Part shown: piece after piece, positions 1-13,830 of the stretch
Layout of the letters: each line of letters opens with the position of its first letter
Position numbering within the stretch: position 1 is the first letter of the stretch
Source: Macrostomum lignano
Taxonomy: Eukaryota
Reading direction: 5' to 3'
Length of the DNA stretch: 42,046 nt
NCBI GenBank assembly: GCA_002269645.1
Contig: NIVC01004558.1
Location: forward strand, 1 to 42,046
The notes under the pieces: model-generated
What the model was told of the DNA's origin: nothing
Database searches by the model: none
Seen by the model: the letters and a program-made list of their open reading frames with translations, nothing else
Program-made: the position numbers and the translations under genes

Positions 1-3000
1 CTATTCCTGCATCCATGATAGGCTAGATTAGCAATCCATTCTATTCCTGCATCCATGATAGGCTAGATTAGCAATCCATTCTATTCCTGCATCCATGATA
101 GGCTAGATTAGCAATCCATTCTATTCCTCATCCATGATAGGCTAGATTAGCAATCCATTCTATTCCTGCACCCATGATAGGCTAGATTAGCAATCCATTC
201 TATTCCTGCATCCATGATAGGCTAGATTAGCAATCCATTCTATTCCTGCACCCATGATAGGCTAGACTTAGCAATCCATTCTATTCCTGCACCATGATAG
301 GCTAGATTAGCAATCCATTCTATTCCTGCCCATGATAGGCTAGATTAGCAACCATTCTATTTCCTGCATCCATGATAGGCTAGATTAGCAATCCATTCTA
401 TTCCTGCATCCATGATAGGCTAGATTAGCAGCATGATCGGCTAGATTAGCAATCCATTCTATTCCTGCCACCCATGATAGGCTGCTAGATTAGCAATCCA
501 TTCTATTCCTGCATCCATGATAGGCTAGATTAGCAATCCATTCTATTCCTGCACCCATGATAGGCTAGATTAGCAATCCATTCTATTCCTGCCATGATAG
601 GCTAGATTAGCAATCCATTCTATTCCTTCATCCATGATAGGCTAGATTAGCAATCCATTCTATTCCTGCACCCATGATAGGCTAGATTTAGCAATCCATT
701 CTATTCCTTGCATCCATGATAGGCTAGATTAGCAATCCATTCTATTCCTGCATCCATGATAGGCTAGATTAGCAATCCATTCTATTCCTGCATCCATGAT
801 AGGCTAGATTAGCAATCCATTCTATTCCTGCACCCATGATAGGCTAGATTAGCAATCCATTCTATTCCTGCATCCATGATAGGCTAGATTAGCAATCCAT
901 TCTATTCCTGCATCCATGATAGGCTAGATTAGCAATCCATTCTATTCCTGCATCCATGATAGGCTAGATTAGCAATCCATTCTATTCCTGCATCCATGAT
1001 AGGCTAGATTAGCAATCCATTCTATTCCTGCATCCATGATAGGCTAGATTAGCAATCCATTCTATTCCTCATCCATGATAGGCTAGATTAGCAATCCATT
1101 CTATTCCTGCATCCATGATAGGCTAGATTAGCAATCCATTCTATTGCATTCCATGATAGGCTAGATTAGCAATCCATTCTATTCCTGCATCCATGATAGG
1201 CTAGATTAGCAATCCATTCTATTCCTCATCCATGATAGGCTAGATTAGCAATCCATTCTATTCCTGCATCCATGATAGGCTAGATTAGCAATCCATTCTA
1301 TTCCTGCACCCATGATAGGCTAGATTAGCAATCCATTCTATTCCTGCATCCATGATAGGCTAGATTAGCAATCCATTCTATTCCTGCATCCATGATAGGC
1401 TAGATTAGCAATCCATTCTATTCCTGCATCCATGATAGGCTAGATTAGCAATCCATTCTATTCCTGCACCCATGATAGGCTAGATTAGCAATCCATTCTA
1501 TTCCTGCATCCATGATAGGCTAGATTAGCAATCCATTCTATTCCTGCATCCATGATAGGCTAGATTAGCAATCCATTCTATTCCTGCATCCATGATAGGC
1601 TAGATTAGCAATCCATTCTATTCCTGCATCCATGATAGGCTAGATTAGCAATCCATTCTATTCCTGCATCCATGATAGGCTAGATTAGCAATCCATTCTA
1701 TTCCTGCATCCATGATAGGCTAGATTAGCAATCCATTCTATTCCTGCATCCATGATAGGCTAGATTAGCAATCCATTCTATTCCTGCATCCATGATAGGC
1801 TAGATTAGCAATCCATTCTATTCCTGCATCCATGATAGGCTAGATTAGCAATCCATTCTATTCCTGCATCCATGATAGGCTAGATTAGCAATCCATTCTA
1901 TTCCTGCATCCATGATAGGCTAGATTAGCAATCCATTCTATTCCTGCATCCATGATAGGCTAGATTAGCAATCCATTCTATTCCTGCATCCATGATAGGC
2001 TAGATTAGCAATCCATTCTATTCCTGCATCCATGATAGGCTAGATTAGCAATCCATTCTATTCCTGCATCCATGATAGGCTAGATTAGCAATCCATTCTA
2101 TTCCTGCATCCATGATAGGCTAGATTAGCAATCCATTCTATTCCTGCATCCATGATAGGCTAGATTAGCAATCCATTCTATTCCTGCATCCATGATAGGC
2201 TAGATTAGCAATCCATTCTATTCCTGCATCCATGATAGGCTAGATTAGCAATCCATTCTATTCCTGCATCCATGATAGGCTAGATTAGCAATCCATTCTA
2301 TTCCTGCATCCATGATAGGCTAGATTAGCAATCCATTCTATTCCTGCATCCATGATAGGCTAGATTAGCAATCCATTCTATTCCTGCATCCATGATAGGC
2401 TAGATTAGCAATCCATTCTATTCCTGCATCCATGATAGGCTAGATTAGCAATCCATTCTATTCCTGCATCCATGATAGGCTAGATTAGCAATCCATTCTA
2501 TTCCTGCATCCATGATAGGCTAGATTAGCAATCCATTCTATTCCTGCATCCATGATAGGCTAGATTAGCAATCCATTCTATTCCTGCATCCATGATAGGC
2601 TAGATTAGCAATCCATTCTATTCCTGCATCCATGATAGGCTAGATTAGCAATCCATTCTATTCCTGCATCCATGATAGGCTAGATTAGCAATCCATTCTA
2701 TTCCTGCATCCATGATAGGCTAGATTAGCAATCCATTCTATTCCTGCATCCATGATAGGCTAGATTAGCAATCCATTCTATTCCTGCACCCATGATAGGC
2801 TAGATTAGCAATCCATTCTATTCCTGCATCCATGATAGGCTAGATTAGCAATCCATTCTATTCCTGCATCCATGATAGGCTAGATTAGCAATCCATTCTA
2901 TTCCTGCATCCATGATAGGCTAGATTAGCAATCCATTCTATTCCTGCATCCATGATAGGCTAGATTAGCAATCCATTCTATTCCTGCATCCATGATAGGC

Positions 3001-6000
3001 TAGATTAGCAATCCATTCTATTCCTGCATCCATGATAGGCTAGATTAGCAATCCATTCTATTCCTGCATCCATGATAGGCTAGATTAGCAATCCATTCTA
3101 TTCCTGCATCCATGATAGGCTAGATTAGCAATCCATTCTATTCCTGCATCCATGATAGGCTAGATTAGCAATCCATTCTATTCCTGCATCCATGATAGGC
3201 TAGATTAGCAATCCATTCTATTCCTGCATCCATGATAGGCTAGATTAGCAATCCATTCTATTCCTGCATCCATGATAGGCTAGATTAGCAATCCATTCTA
3301 TTCCTGCATCCATGATAGGCTAGATTAGCAATCCATTCTATTCCTGCATCCATGATAGGCTAGATTAGCAATCCATTCTATTCCTGCATCCATGATAGGC
3401 TAGATTAGCAATCCATTCTATTCCTGCATCCATGATAGGCTAGATTAGCAATCCATTCTATTCCTGCATCCATGATAGGCTAGATTAGCAATCCATTCTA
3501 TTCCTGCATCCATGATAGGCTAGATTAGCAATCCATTCTATTCCTGCATCCATGATAGGCTAGATTAGCAATCCATTCTATTCCTGCATCCCATGATAGG
3601 CTAGATTAGCAATCCATTCTATTCCTGCATCCATGATAGGCTAGATTAGCAATCCATTCTATTCCTGCATCCATGATAGGCTAGATTAGCAATCCATTCT
3701 ATTCCTGCATCCATGATAGGCTAGATTAGCAATCCATTCTATTCCTGCATCCATGATAGGCTAGATTAGCAATCCATTCTATTCCTGCATCCATGATAGG
3801 CTAGATTAGCAATCCATTCTATTCCTGCATCCATGATAGGCTAGATTAGCAATCCATTCTATTCCTGCATCCATGATAGGCTAGATTAGCAATCCATTCT
3901 ATTCCTGCATCCATGATAGGCTAGATTAGCAATCCATTCTATTCCTGCATCCATGATAGGCTAGATTAGCAATCCATTCTATTCCTGCATCCATGATAGG
4001 CTAGATTAGCAATCCATTCTATTCCTGCATCCATGATAGGCTAGATTAGCAATCCATTCTATTCCTGCATCCATGATAGGCTAGATTAGCAATCCATTCT
4101 ATTCCTGCATCCATGATAGGCTAGATTAGCAATCCATTCTATTCCTGCATCCATGATAGGCTAGATTAGCAATCCATTCTATTCCTGCATCCATGATAGG
4201 CTAGATTAGCAATCCATTCTATTCCTGCATCCATGATAGGCTAGATTAGCAATCCATTCTATTCCTGCATCCATGATAGGCTAGATTAGCAATCCATTCT
4301 ATTCCTGCATCCATGATAGGCTAGATTAGCAATCCATTCTATTCCTGCATCCATGATAGGCTAGATTAGCAATCCATTCTATTCCTGCATCCATGATAGG
4401 CTAGATTAGCAATCCATTCTATTCCTGCATCCATGATAGGCTAGATTAGCAATCCATTCTATTCCTGCATCCATGATAGGCTAGATTAGCAATCCATTCT
4501 ATTCCTGCATCCATGATAGGCTAGATTAGCAATCCATTCTATTCCTGCATCCATGATAGGCTAGATTAGCAATCCATTCTATTCCTGCATCCATGATAGG
4601 CTAGATTAGCAATCCATTCTATTCCTGCATCCATGATAGGCTAGATTAGCAATCCATTCTATTCCTGCATCCATGATAGGCTAGATTAGCAATCCATTCT
4701 ATTCCTGCATCCATGATAGGCTAGATTAGCAATCCATTCTATTCCTGCATCCATGATAGGCTAGATTAGCAATCCATTCTATTCCTGCATCCATGATAGG
4801 CTAGATTAGCAATCCATTCTATTCCTGCATCCATGATAGGCTAGATTAGCAATCCATTCTATTCCTGCATCCATGATAGGCTAGATTAGCAATCCATTCT
4901 ATTCCTGCATCCATGATAGGCTAGATTAGCAATCCATTCTATTCCTGCATCCATGATAGGCTAGATTAGCAATCCATTCTATTCCTGCATCCATGATAGG
5001 CTAGATTAGCAATCCATTCTATTCCTGCATCCATGATAGGCTAGATTAGCAATCCATTCTATTCCTGCATCCATGATAGGCTAGATTAGCAATCCATTCT
5101 ATTCCTGCATCCATGATAGGCTAGATTAGCAATCCATTCTATTCCTGCATCCATGATAGGCTAGATTAGCAATCCATTCTATTCCTGCATCCATGATAGG
5201 CTAGATTAGCAATCCATTCTATTCCTGCATCCATGATAGGCTAGATTAGCAATCCATTCTATTCCTGCATCCATGATAGGCTAGATTAGCAATCCATTCT
5301 ATTCCTGCATCCATGATAGGCTAGATTAGCAATCCATTCTATTCCTGCATCCATGATAGGCTAGATTAGCAATCCATTCTATTCCTGCATCCATGATAGG
5401 CTAGATTAGCAATCCATTCTATTCCTGCATCCATGATAGGCTAGATTAGCAATCCATTCTATTCCTGCATCCATGATAGGCTAGATTAGCAATCCATTCT
5501 ATTCCTGCATCCATGATAGGCTAGATTAGCAATCCATTCTATTCCTGCATCCATGATAGGCTAGATTAGCAATCCATTCTATTCCTGCATCCATGATAGG
5601 CTAGATTAGCAATCCATTCTATTCCTGCATCCATGATAGGCTAGATTAGCAATCCATTCTATTCCTGCATCCATGATAGGCTAGATTAGCAATCCATTCT
5701 ATTCCTGCATCCATGATAGGCTAGATTAGCAATCCATTCTATTCCTGCATCCATGATAGGCTAGATTAGCAATCCATTCTATTCCTGCATCCATGATAGG
5801 CTAGATTAGCAATCCATTCTATTCCTGCATCCATGATAGGCTAGATTAGCAATCCATTCTATTCCTGCATCCATGATAGGCTAGATTAGCAATCCATTCT
5901 ATTCCTGCATCCATGATAGGCTAGATTAGCAATCCATTCTATTCCTGCATCCATGATAGGCTAGATTAGCAATCCATTCTATTCCTGCATCCATGATAGG

Positions 6001-9000
6001 CTAGATTAGCAATCCATTCTATTCCTGCATCCATGATAGGCTAGATTAGCAATCCATTCTATTCCTGCATCCATGATAGGCTAGATTAGCAATCCATTCT
6101 ATTCCTGCATCCATGATAGGCTAGATTAGCAATCCATTCTATTCCTGCATCCATGATAGGCTAGATTAGCAATCCATTCTATTCCTGCATCCATGATAGG
6201 CTAGATTAGCAATCCATTCTATTCCTGCATCCATGATAGGCTAGATTAGCAATCCATTCTATTCCTGCATCCATGATAGGCTAGATTAGCAATCCATTCT
6301 ATTCCTGCATCCATGATAGGCTAGATTAGCAATCCATTCTATTCCTGCATCCATGATAGGCTAGATTAGCAATCCATTCTATTCCTGCATCCATGATAGG
6401 CTAGATTAGCAATCCATTCTATTCCTGCATCCATGATAGGCTAGATTAGCAATCCATTCTATTCCTGCATCCATGATAGGCTAGATTAGCAATCCATTCT
6501 ATTCCTGCATCCATGATAGGCTAGATTAGCAATCCATTCTATTCCTGCATCCATGATAGGCTAGATTAGCAATCCATTCTATTCCTGCATCCATGATAGG
6601 CTAGATTAGCAATCCATTCTATTCCTGCATCCATGATAGGCTAGATTAGCAATCCATTCTATTCCTGCATCCATGATAGGCTAGATTAGCAATCCATTCT
6701 ATTCCTGCATCCATGATAGGCTAGATTAGCAATCCATTCTATTCCTGCATCCATGATAGGCTAGATTAGCAATCCATTCTATTCCTGCATCCATGATAGG
6801 CTAGATTAGCAATCCATTCTATTCCTGCATCCATGATAGGCTAGATTAGCAATCCATTCTATTCCTGCATCCATGATAGGCTAGATTAGCAATCCATTCT
6901 ATTCCTGCATCCATGATAGGCTAGATTAGCAATCCATTCTATTCCTGCATCCATGATAGGCTAGATTAGCAATCCATTCTATTCCTGCATCCATGATAGG
7001 CTAGATTAGCAATCCATTCTATTCCTGCATCCATGATAGGCTAGATTAGCAATCCATTCTATTCCTGCATCCATGATAGGCTAGATTAGCAATCCATTCT
7101 ATTCCTGCATCCATGATAGGCTAGATTAGCAATCCATTCTATTCCTGCATCCATGATAGGCTAGATTAGCAATCCATTCTATTCCTGCATCCATGATAGG
7201 CTAGATTAGCAATCCATTCTATTCCTGCATCCATGATAGGCTAGATTAGCAATCCATTCTATTCCTGCATCCATGATAGGCTAGATTAGCAATCCATTCT
7301 ATTCCTGCATCCATGATAGGCTAGATTAGCAATCCATTCTATTCCTGCATCCATGATAGGCTAGATTAGCAATCCATTCTATTCCTGCATCCATGATAGG
7401 CTAGATTAGCAATCCATTCTATTCCTGCATCCATGATAGGCTAGATTAGCAATCCATTCTATTCCTGCATCCATGATAGGCTAGATTAGCAATCCATTCT
7501 ATTCCTGCATCCATGATAGGCTAGATTAGCAATCCATTCTATTCCTGCATCCATGATAGGCTAGATTAGCAATCCATTCTATTCCTGCATCCATGATAGG
7601 CTAGATTAGCAATCCATTCTATTCCTGCATCCATGATAGGCTAGATTAGCAATCCATTCTATTCCTGCATCCATGATAGGCTAGATTAGCAATCCATTCT
7701 ATTCCTGCATCCATGATAGGCTAGATTAGCAATCCATTCTATTCCTGCATCCATGATAGGCTAGATTAGCAATCCATTCTATTCCTGCATCCATGATAGG
7801 CTAGATTAGCAATCCATTCTATTCCTGCATCCATGATAGGCTAGATTAGCAATCCATTCTATTCCTGCATCCATGATAGGCTAGATTAGCAATCCATTCT
7901 ATTCCTGCATCCATGATAGGCTAGATTAGCAATCCATTCTATTCCTGCATCCATGATAGGCTAGATTAGCAATCCATTCTATTCCTGCATCCATGATAGG
8001 CTAGATTAGCAATCCATTCTATTCCTGCATCCATGATAGGCTAGATTAGCAATCCATTCTATTCCTGCATCCATGATAGGCTAGATTAGCAATCCATTCT
8101 ATTCCTGCATCCATGATAGGCTAGATTAGCAATCCATTCTATTCCTGCATCCATGATAGGCTAGATTAGCAATCCATTCTATTCCTGCATCCATGATAGG
8201 CTAGATTAGCAATCCATTCTATTCCTGCATCCATGATAGGCTAGATTAGCAATCCATTCTATTCCTGCATCCATGATAGGCTAGATTAGCAATCCATTCT
8301 ATTCCTGCATCCATGATAGGCTAGATTAGCAATCCATTCTATTCCTGCATCCATGATAGGCTAGATTAGCAATCCATTCTATTCCTGCATCCATGATAGG
8401 CTAGATTAGCAATCCATTCTATTCCTGCATCCATGATAGGCTAGATTAGCAATCCATTCTATTCCTGCATCCATGATAGGCTAGATTAGCAATCCATTCT
8501 ATTCCTGCATCCATGATAGGCTAGATTAGCAATCCATTCTATTCCTGCATCCATGATAGGCTAGATTAGCAATCCATTCTATTCCTGCATCCATGATAGG
8601 CTAGATTAGCAATCCATTCTATTCCTGCATCCATGATAGGCTAGATTAGCAATCCATTCTATTCCTGCATCCATGATAGGCTAGATTAGCAATCCATTCT
8701 ATTCCTGCATCCATGATAGGCTAGATTAGCAATCCATTCTATTCCTGCATCCATGATAGGCTAGATTAGCAATCCATTCTATTCCTGCATCCATGATAGG
8801 CTAGATTAGCAATCCATTCTATTCCTGCATCCATGATAGGCTAGATTAGCAATCCATTCTATTCCTGCATCCATGATAGGCTAGATTAGCAATCCATTCT
8901 ATTCCTGCATCCATGATAGGCTAGATTAGCAATCCATTCTATTCCTGCATCCATGATAGGCTAGATTAGCAATCCATTCTATTCCTGCATCCATGATAGG

Positions 9001-12000
9001 CTAGATTAGCAATCCATTCTATTCCTGCATCCATGATAGGCTAGATTAGCAATCCATTCTATTCCTGCATCCATGATAGGCTAGATTAGCAATCCATTCT
9101 ATTCCTGCATCCATGATAGGCTAGATTAGCAATCCATTCTATTCCTGCATCCATGATAGGCTAGATTAGCAATCCATTCTATTCCTGCATCCATGATAGG
9201 CTAGATTAGCAATCCATTCTATTCCTGCATCCATGATAGGCTAGATTAGCAATCCATTCTATTCCTGCATCCATGATAGGCTAGATTAGCAATCCATTCT
9301 ATTCCTGCATCCATGATAGGCTAGATTAGCAATCCATTCTATTCCTGCATCCATGATAGGCTAGATTAGCAATCCATTCTATTCCTGCATCCATGATAGG
9401 CTAGATTAGCAATCCATTCTATTCCTGCATCCATGATAGGCTAGATTAGCAATCCATTCTATTCCTGCATCCATGATAGGCTAGATTAGCAATCCATTCT
9501 ATTCCTGCATCCATGATAGGCTAGATTAGCAATCCATTCTATTCCTGCATCCATGATAGGCTAGATTAGCAATCCATTCTATTCCTGCATCCATGATAGG
9601 CTAGATTAGCAATCCATTCTATTCCTGCATCCATGATAGGCTAGATTAGCAATCCATTCTATTCCTGCATCCATGATAGGCTAGATTAGCAATCCATTCT
9701 ATTCCTGCATCCATGATAGGCTAGATTAGCAATCCATTCTATTCCTGCATCCATGATAGGCTAGATTAGCAATCCATTCTATTCCTGCATCCATGATAGG
9801 CTAGATTAGCAATCCATTCTATTCCTGCATCCATGATAGGCTAGATTAGCAATCCATTCTATTCCTGCATCCATGATAGGCTAGATTAGCAATCCATTAT
9901 ATTCCTGCATCCATGATAGGCTAGATTAGCAATCCATTCTATTCCTGCATCCATGATAGGCTAGATTAGCAATCCATTCTATTCCTGCATCCATGATAGG
10001 CTAGATTAGCAATCCATTCTATTCCTGCACCATGATAGGCTAGATTAGCAATCCATTCTATTCCTGCATCCATGATAGGCTAGATTAGCAATCCATTCTA
10101 TTCCTGCATCCATGATAGGCTAGATTAGCAATCCATTCTATTCCTGCATCCATGATAGGCTAGATTAGCAATCCATTCTATTCCTGCATCCATGATAGGC
10201 TAGATTAGCAATCCATTCTATTCCTGCATCCATGATAGGCTAGATTAGCAATCCATTCTATTCCTGCATCCATGATAGGCTAGATTAGCAATCCATTCTA
10301 TTCCTGCATCCATGATAGGCTAGATTAGCAATCCATTCTATTCCTGCATCCATGATAGGCTAGATTAGCAATCCATTCTATTCCTGCATCCATGATAGGC
10401 TAGATTAGCAATCCATTCTATTCCTGCATCCATGATAGGCTAGATTAGCAATCCATTCTATTCCTGCATCCATGATAGGCTAGATTAGCAATCCATTCTA
10501 TTCCTGCATCCATGATAGGCTAGATTAGCAATCCATTCTATTCCTGCATCCATGATAGGCTAGATTAGCAATCCATTCTATTCCTGCATCCATGATAGGC
10601 TAGATTAGCAATCCATTCTATTCCTGCATCCATGATAGGCTAGATTAGCAATCCATTCTATTCCTGCATCCATGATAGGCTAGATTAGCAATCCATTCTA
10701 TTCCTGCATCCATGATAGGCTAGATTAGCAATCCATTCTATTCCTGCATCCATGATAGGCTAGATTAGCAATCCATTCTATTCCTGCATCCATGATAGGC
10801 TAGATTAGCAATCCATTCTATTCCTGCATCCATGATAGGCTAGATTAGCAATCCATTCTATTCCTGCATCCATGATAGGCTAGATTAGCAATCCATTCTA
10901 TTCCTGCATCCATGATAGGCTAGATTAGCAATCCATTCTATTCCTGCATCCATGATAGGCTAGATTAGCAATCCATTCTATTCCTGCATCCATGATAGGC
11001 TAGATTAGCAATCCATTCTATTCCTGCATCCATGATAGGCTAGATTAGCAATCCATTCTATTCCTGCATCCATGATAGGCTAGATTAGCAATCCATTCTA
11101 TTCCTGCATCCATGATAGGCTAGATTAGCAATCCATTCTATTCCTGCATCCATGATAGGCTAGATTAGCAATCCATTCTATTCCTGCATCCATGATAGGC
11201 TAGATTAGCAATCCATTCTATTCCTGCATCCATGATAGGCTAGATTAGCAATCCATTCTATTCCTGCATCCATGATAGGCTAGATTAGCAATCCATTCTA
11301 TTCCTGCATCCATGATAGGCTAGATTAGCAATCCATTCTATTCCTGCATCCATGATAGGCTAGATTAGCAATCCATTCTATTCCTGCATCCATGATAGGC
11401 TAGATTAGCAATCCATTCTATTCCTGCATCCATGATAGGCTAGATTAGCAATCCATTCTATTCCTGCATCCATGATAGGCTAGATTAGCAATCCATTCTA
11501 TTCCTGCATCCATGATAGGCTAGATTAGCAATCCATTCTATTCCTGCATCCATGATAGGCTAGATTAGCAATCCATTCTATTCCTGCATCCATGATAGGC
11601 TAGATTAGCAATCCATTCTATTCCTGCATCCATGATAGGCTAGATTAGCAATCCATTCTATTCCTGCATCCATGATAGGCTAGATTAGCAATCCATTCTA
11701 TTCCTGCATCCATGATAGGCTAGATTAGCAATCCATTCTATTCCTGCATCCATGATAGGCTAGATTAGCAATCCATTCTATTCCTGCATCCATGATAGGC
11801 TAGATTAGCAATCCATTCTATTCCTGCATCCATGATAGGCTAGATTAGCAATCCATTCTATTCCTGCATCCATGATAGGCTAGATTAGCAATCCATTCTA
11901 TTCCTGCATCCATGATAGGCTAGATTAGCAATCCATTCTATTCCTGCATCCATGATAGGCTAGATTAGCAATCCATTCTATTCCTGCATCCATGATAGGC

Positions 12001-13171
12001 TAGATTAGCAATCCATTCTATTCCTGCATCCATGATAGGCTAGATTAGCAATCCATTCTATTCCTGCATCCATGATAGGCTAGATTAGCAATCCATTCTA
12101 TTCCTGCATCCATGATAGGCTAGATTAGCAATCCATTCTATTCCTGCATCCATGATAGGCTAGATTAGCAATCCATTCTATTCCTGCATCCATGATAGGC
12201 TAGATTAGCAATCCATTCTATTCCTGCATCCATGATAGGCTAGATTAGCAATCCATTCTATTCCTGCATCCATGATAGGCTAGATTAGCAATCCATTCTA
12301 TTCCTGCATCCATGATAGGCTAGATTAGCAATCCATTCTATTCCTGCATCCATGATAGGCTAGATTAGCAATCCATTCTATTCCTGCATCCATGATAGGC
12401 TAGATTAGCAATCCATTCTATTCCTGCATCCATGATAGGCTAGATTAGCAATCCATTCTATTCCTGCATCCATGATAGGCTAGATTAGCAATCCATTCTA
12501 TTCCTGCATCCATGATAGGCTAGATTAGCAATCCATTCTATTCCTGCATCCATGATAGGCTAGATTAGCAATCCATTCTATTCCTGCATCCATGATAGGC
12601 TAGATTAGCAATCCATTCTATTCCTGCATCCATGATAGGCTAGATTAGCAATCCATTCTATTCCTGCATCCATGATAGGCTAGATTAGCAATCCATTCTA
12701 TTCCTGCATCCATGATAGGCTAGATTAGCAATCCATTCTATTCCTGCATCCATGATAGGCTAGATTAGCAATCCATTCTATTCCTGCATCCATGATAGGC
12801 TAGATTAGCAATCCATTCTATTCCTGCATCCATGATAGGCTAGATTAGCAATCCATTCTATTCCTGCATCCATGATAGGCTAGATTAGCAATCCATTCTA
12901 TTCCTGCATCCATGATAGGCTAGATTAGCAATCCATTCTATTCCTGCATCCATGATAGGCTAGATTAGCAATCCATTCTATTCCTGCATCCATGATAGGC
13001 TAGATTAGCAATCCATTCTATTCCTGCATCCATGATAGGCTAGATTAGCAATCCATTCTATTCCTGCATCCATGATAGGCTAGATTAGCAATCCATTCTA
13101 TTCCTGCATCCATGATAGGCTAGATTAGCAATCCATTCGGTTCCTGCATCCATGATAGGCTAGATTAGCAA
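1..13171 (+). repeat. 40-bp tandem satellite, left part of the array (about 329 monomers; continues beyond the window start)
   Basis: Monomer ctattcctgcatccatgataggctagattagcaatccatt repeated head-to-tail. There are scattered indels in the first ~1.3 kb. From 3.6 to 13.1 kb it is almost invariant (variants seen only at ~9899, ~10030 and 13139-13140). It ends at ...tagattagcaa (13171). Confidence 0.99.
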
Positions 13172-13697
13172 TCTTCTATCTAATGTGGCTGTTGTGTGAT
13201 CGTGTTTGTGCAATGTGGCTGATTAGCCCATTTTCTTCGAACCTGCACTGTTCGATCAGAAATTATTCCGTGACGGTACATGCATCGTGGCTAAGAAATT
13301 GCTCGATGCTAAAAGGATTAAATATTCGAAAAACATGCTTTTTTGCAAAGGTCAAGCAGCTCTTTCAACTTGAAAGGCGTTGTAAGAATGCTAGAGAAAA
13401 AACTGACTGGTTTAATTCTGATTCTGAAATAGATTGCATCACAATAGGCTTTTTATTTATTGTCTGTGTACTGGCTGAATTTTGACACTCAATTGAAATG
13501 CGTCACAAGATTGAGTGTGGAAGCATAGCACAATACTTGATTTATATTGCTTAACCACAATGCTAACTTTAATAGAGACTGGTACTGACTTGCCTAAAAA
13601 ATTGATTATGTCATAACTGCTTTGTGTAACTTTTACTCAATTGACTTGGTGTGAGTGTTGAATTATATAAGTGCTACAAATTCATTTATAACTTCAA

Positions 13698-13768
13698 TTA
13701 GAGCTAGCCTAGAGCTGAATAGACTGGATTGCTAATGCAGCGACCAGGGTTCGAATCTAAGTAGTGTA
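13698..13768 (+). pseudogene. Degenerate tRNA-Ser(GCT)-like sequence / tRNA-derived SINE head (Pol III A and B boxes)
   Basis: A-box-like TAGCCTAG at 13705 (tRNA position 8). Anticodon arm ctgga-TTGCTAA-tgcag at 13724-13740 with GCT at 13731-13733, exactly 26 nt after position 8. B-box GGTTCGAATC at 13748-13757. The acceptor, D and T stems pair poorly and there is no long Ser variable arm, so it is not a functional tRNA. Confidence 0.55.
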
Positions 13769-13830
13769 AAAGTAGTAATGTAATTTTTTTATTGAAAGCT
13801 TTTATTAAAAGACTAATTAAAAACCTTTAG

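Noticed and set aside
1-1300. High divergence at the window start as an old array edge
   Set aside because: Changes are mostly unique 1-3-bp indels typical of low-coverage long-read error.
13183-13485. 100-aa ORF at the Helitron 5' end
   Set aside because: Short and AT-rich with no recognisable motif, including no HUH Rep or helicase motifs.
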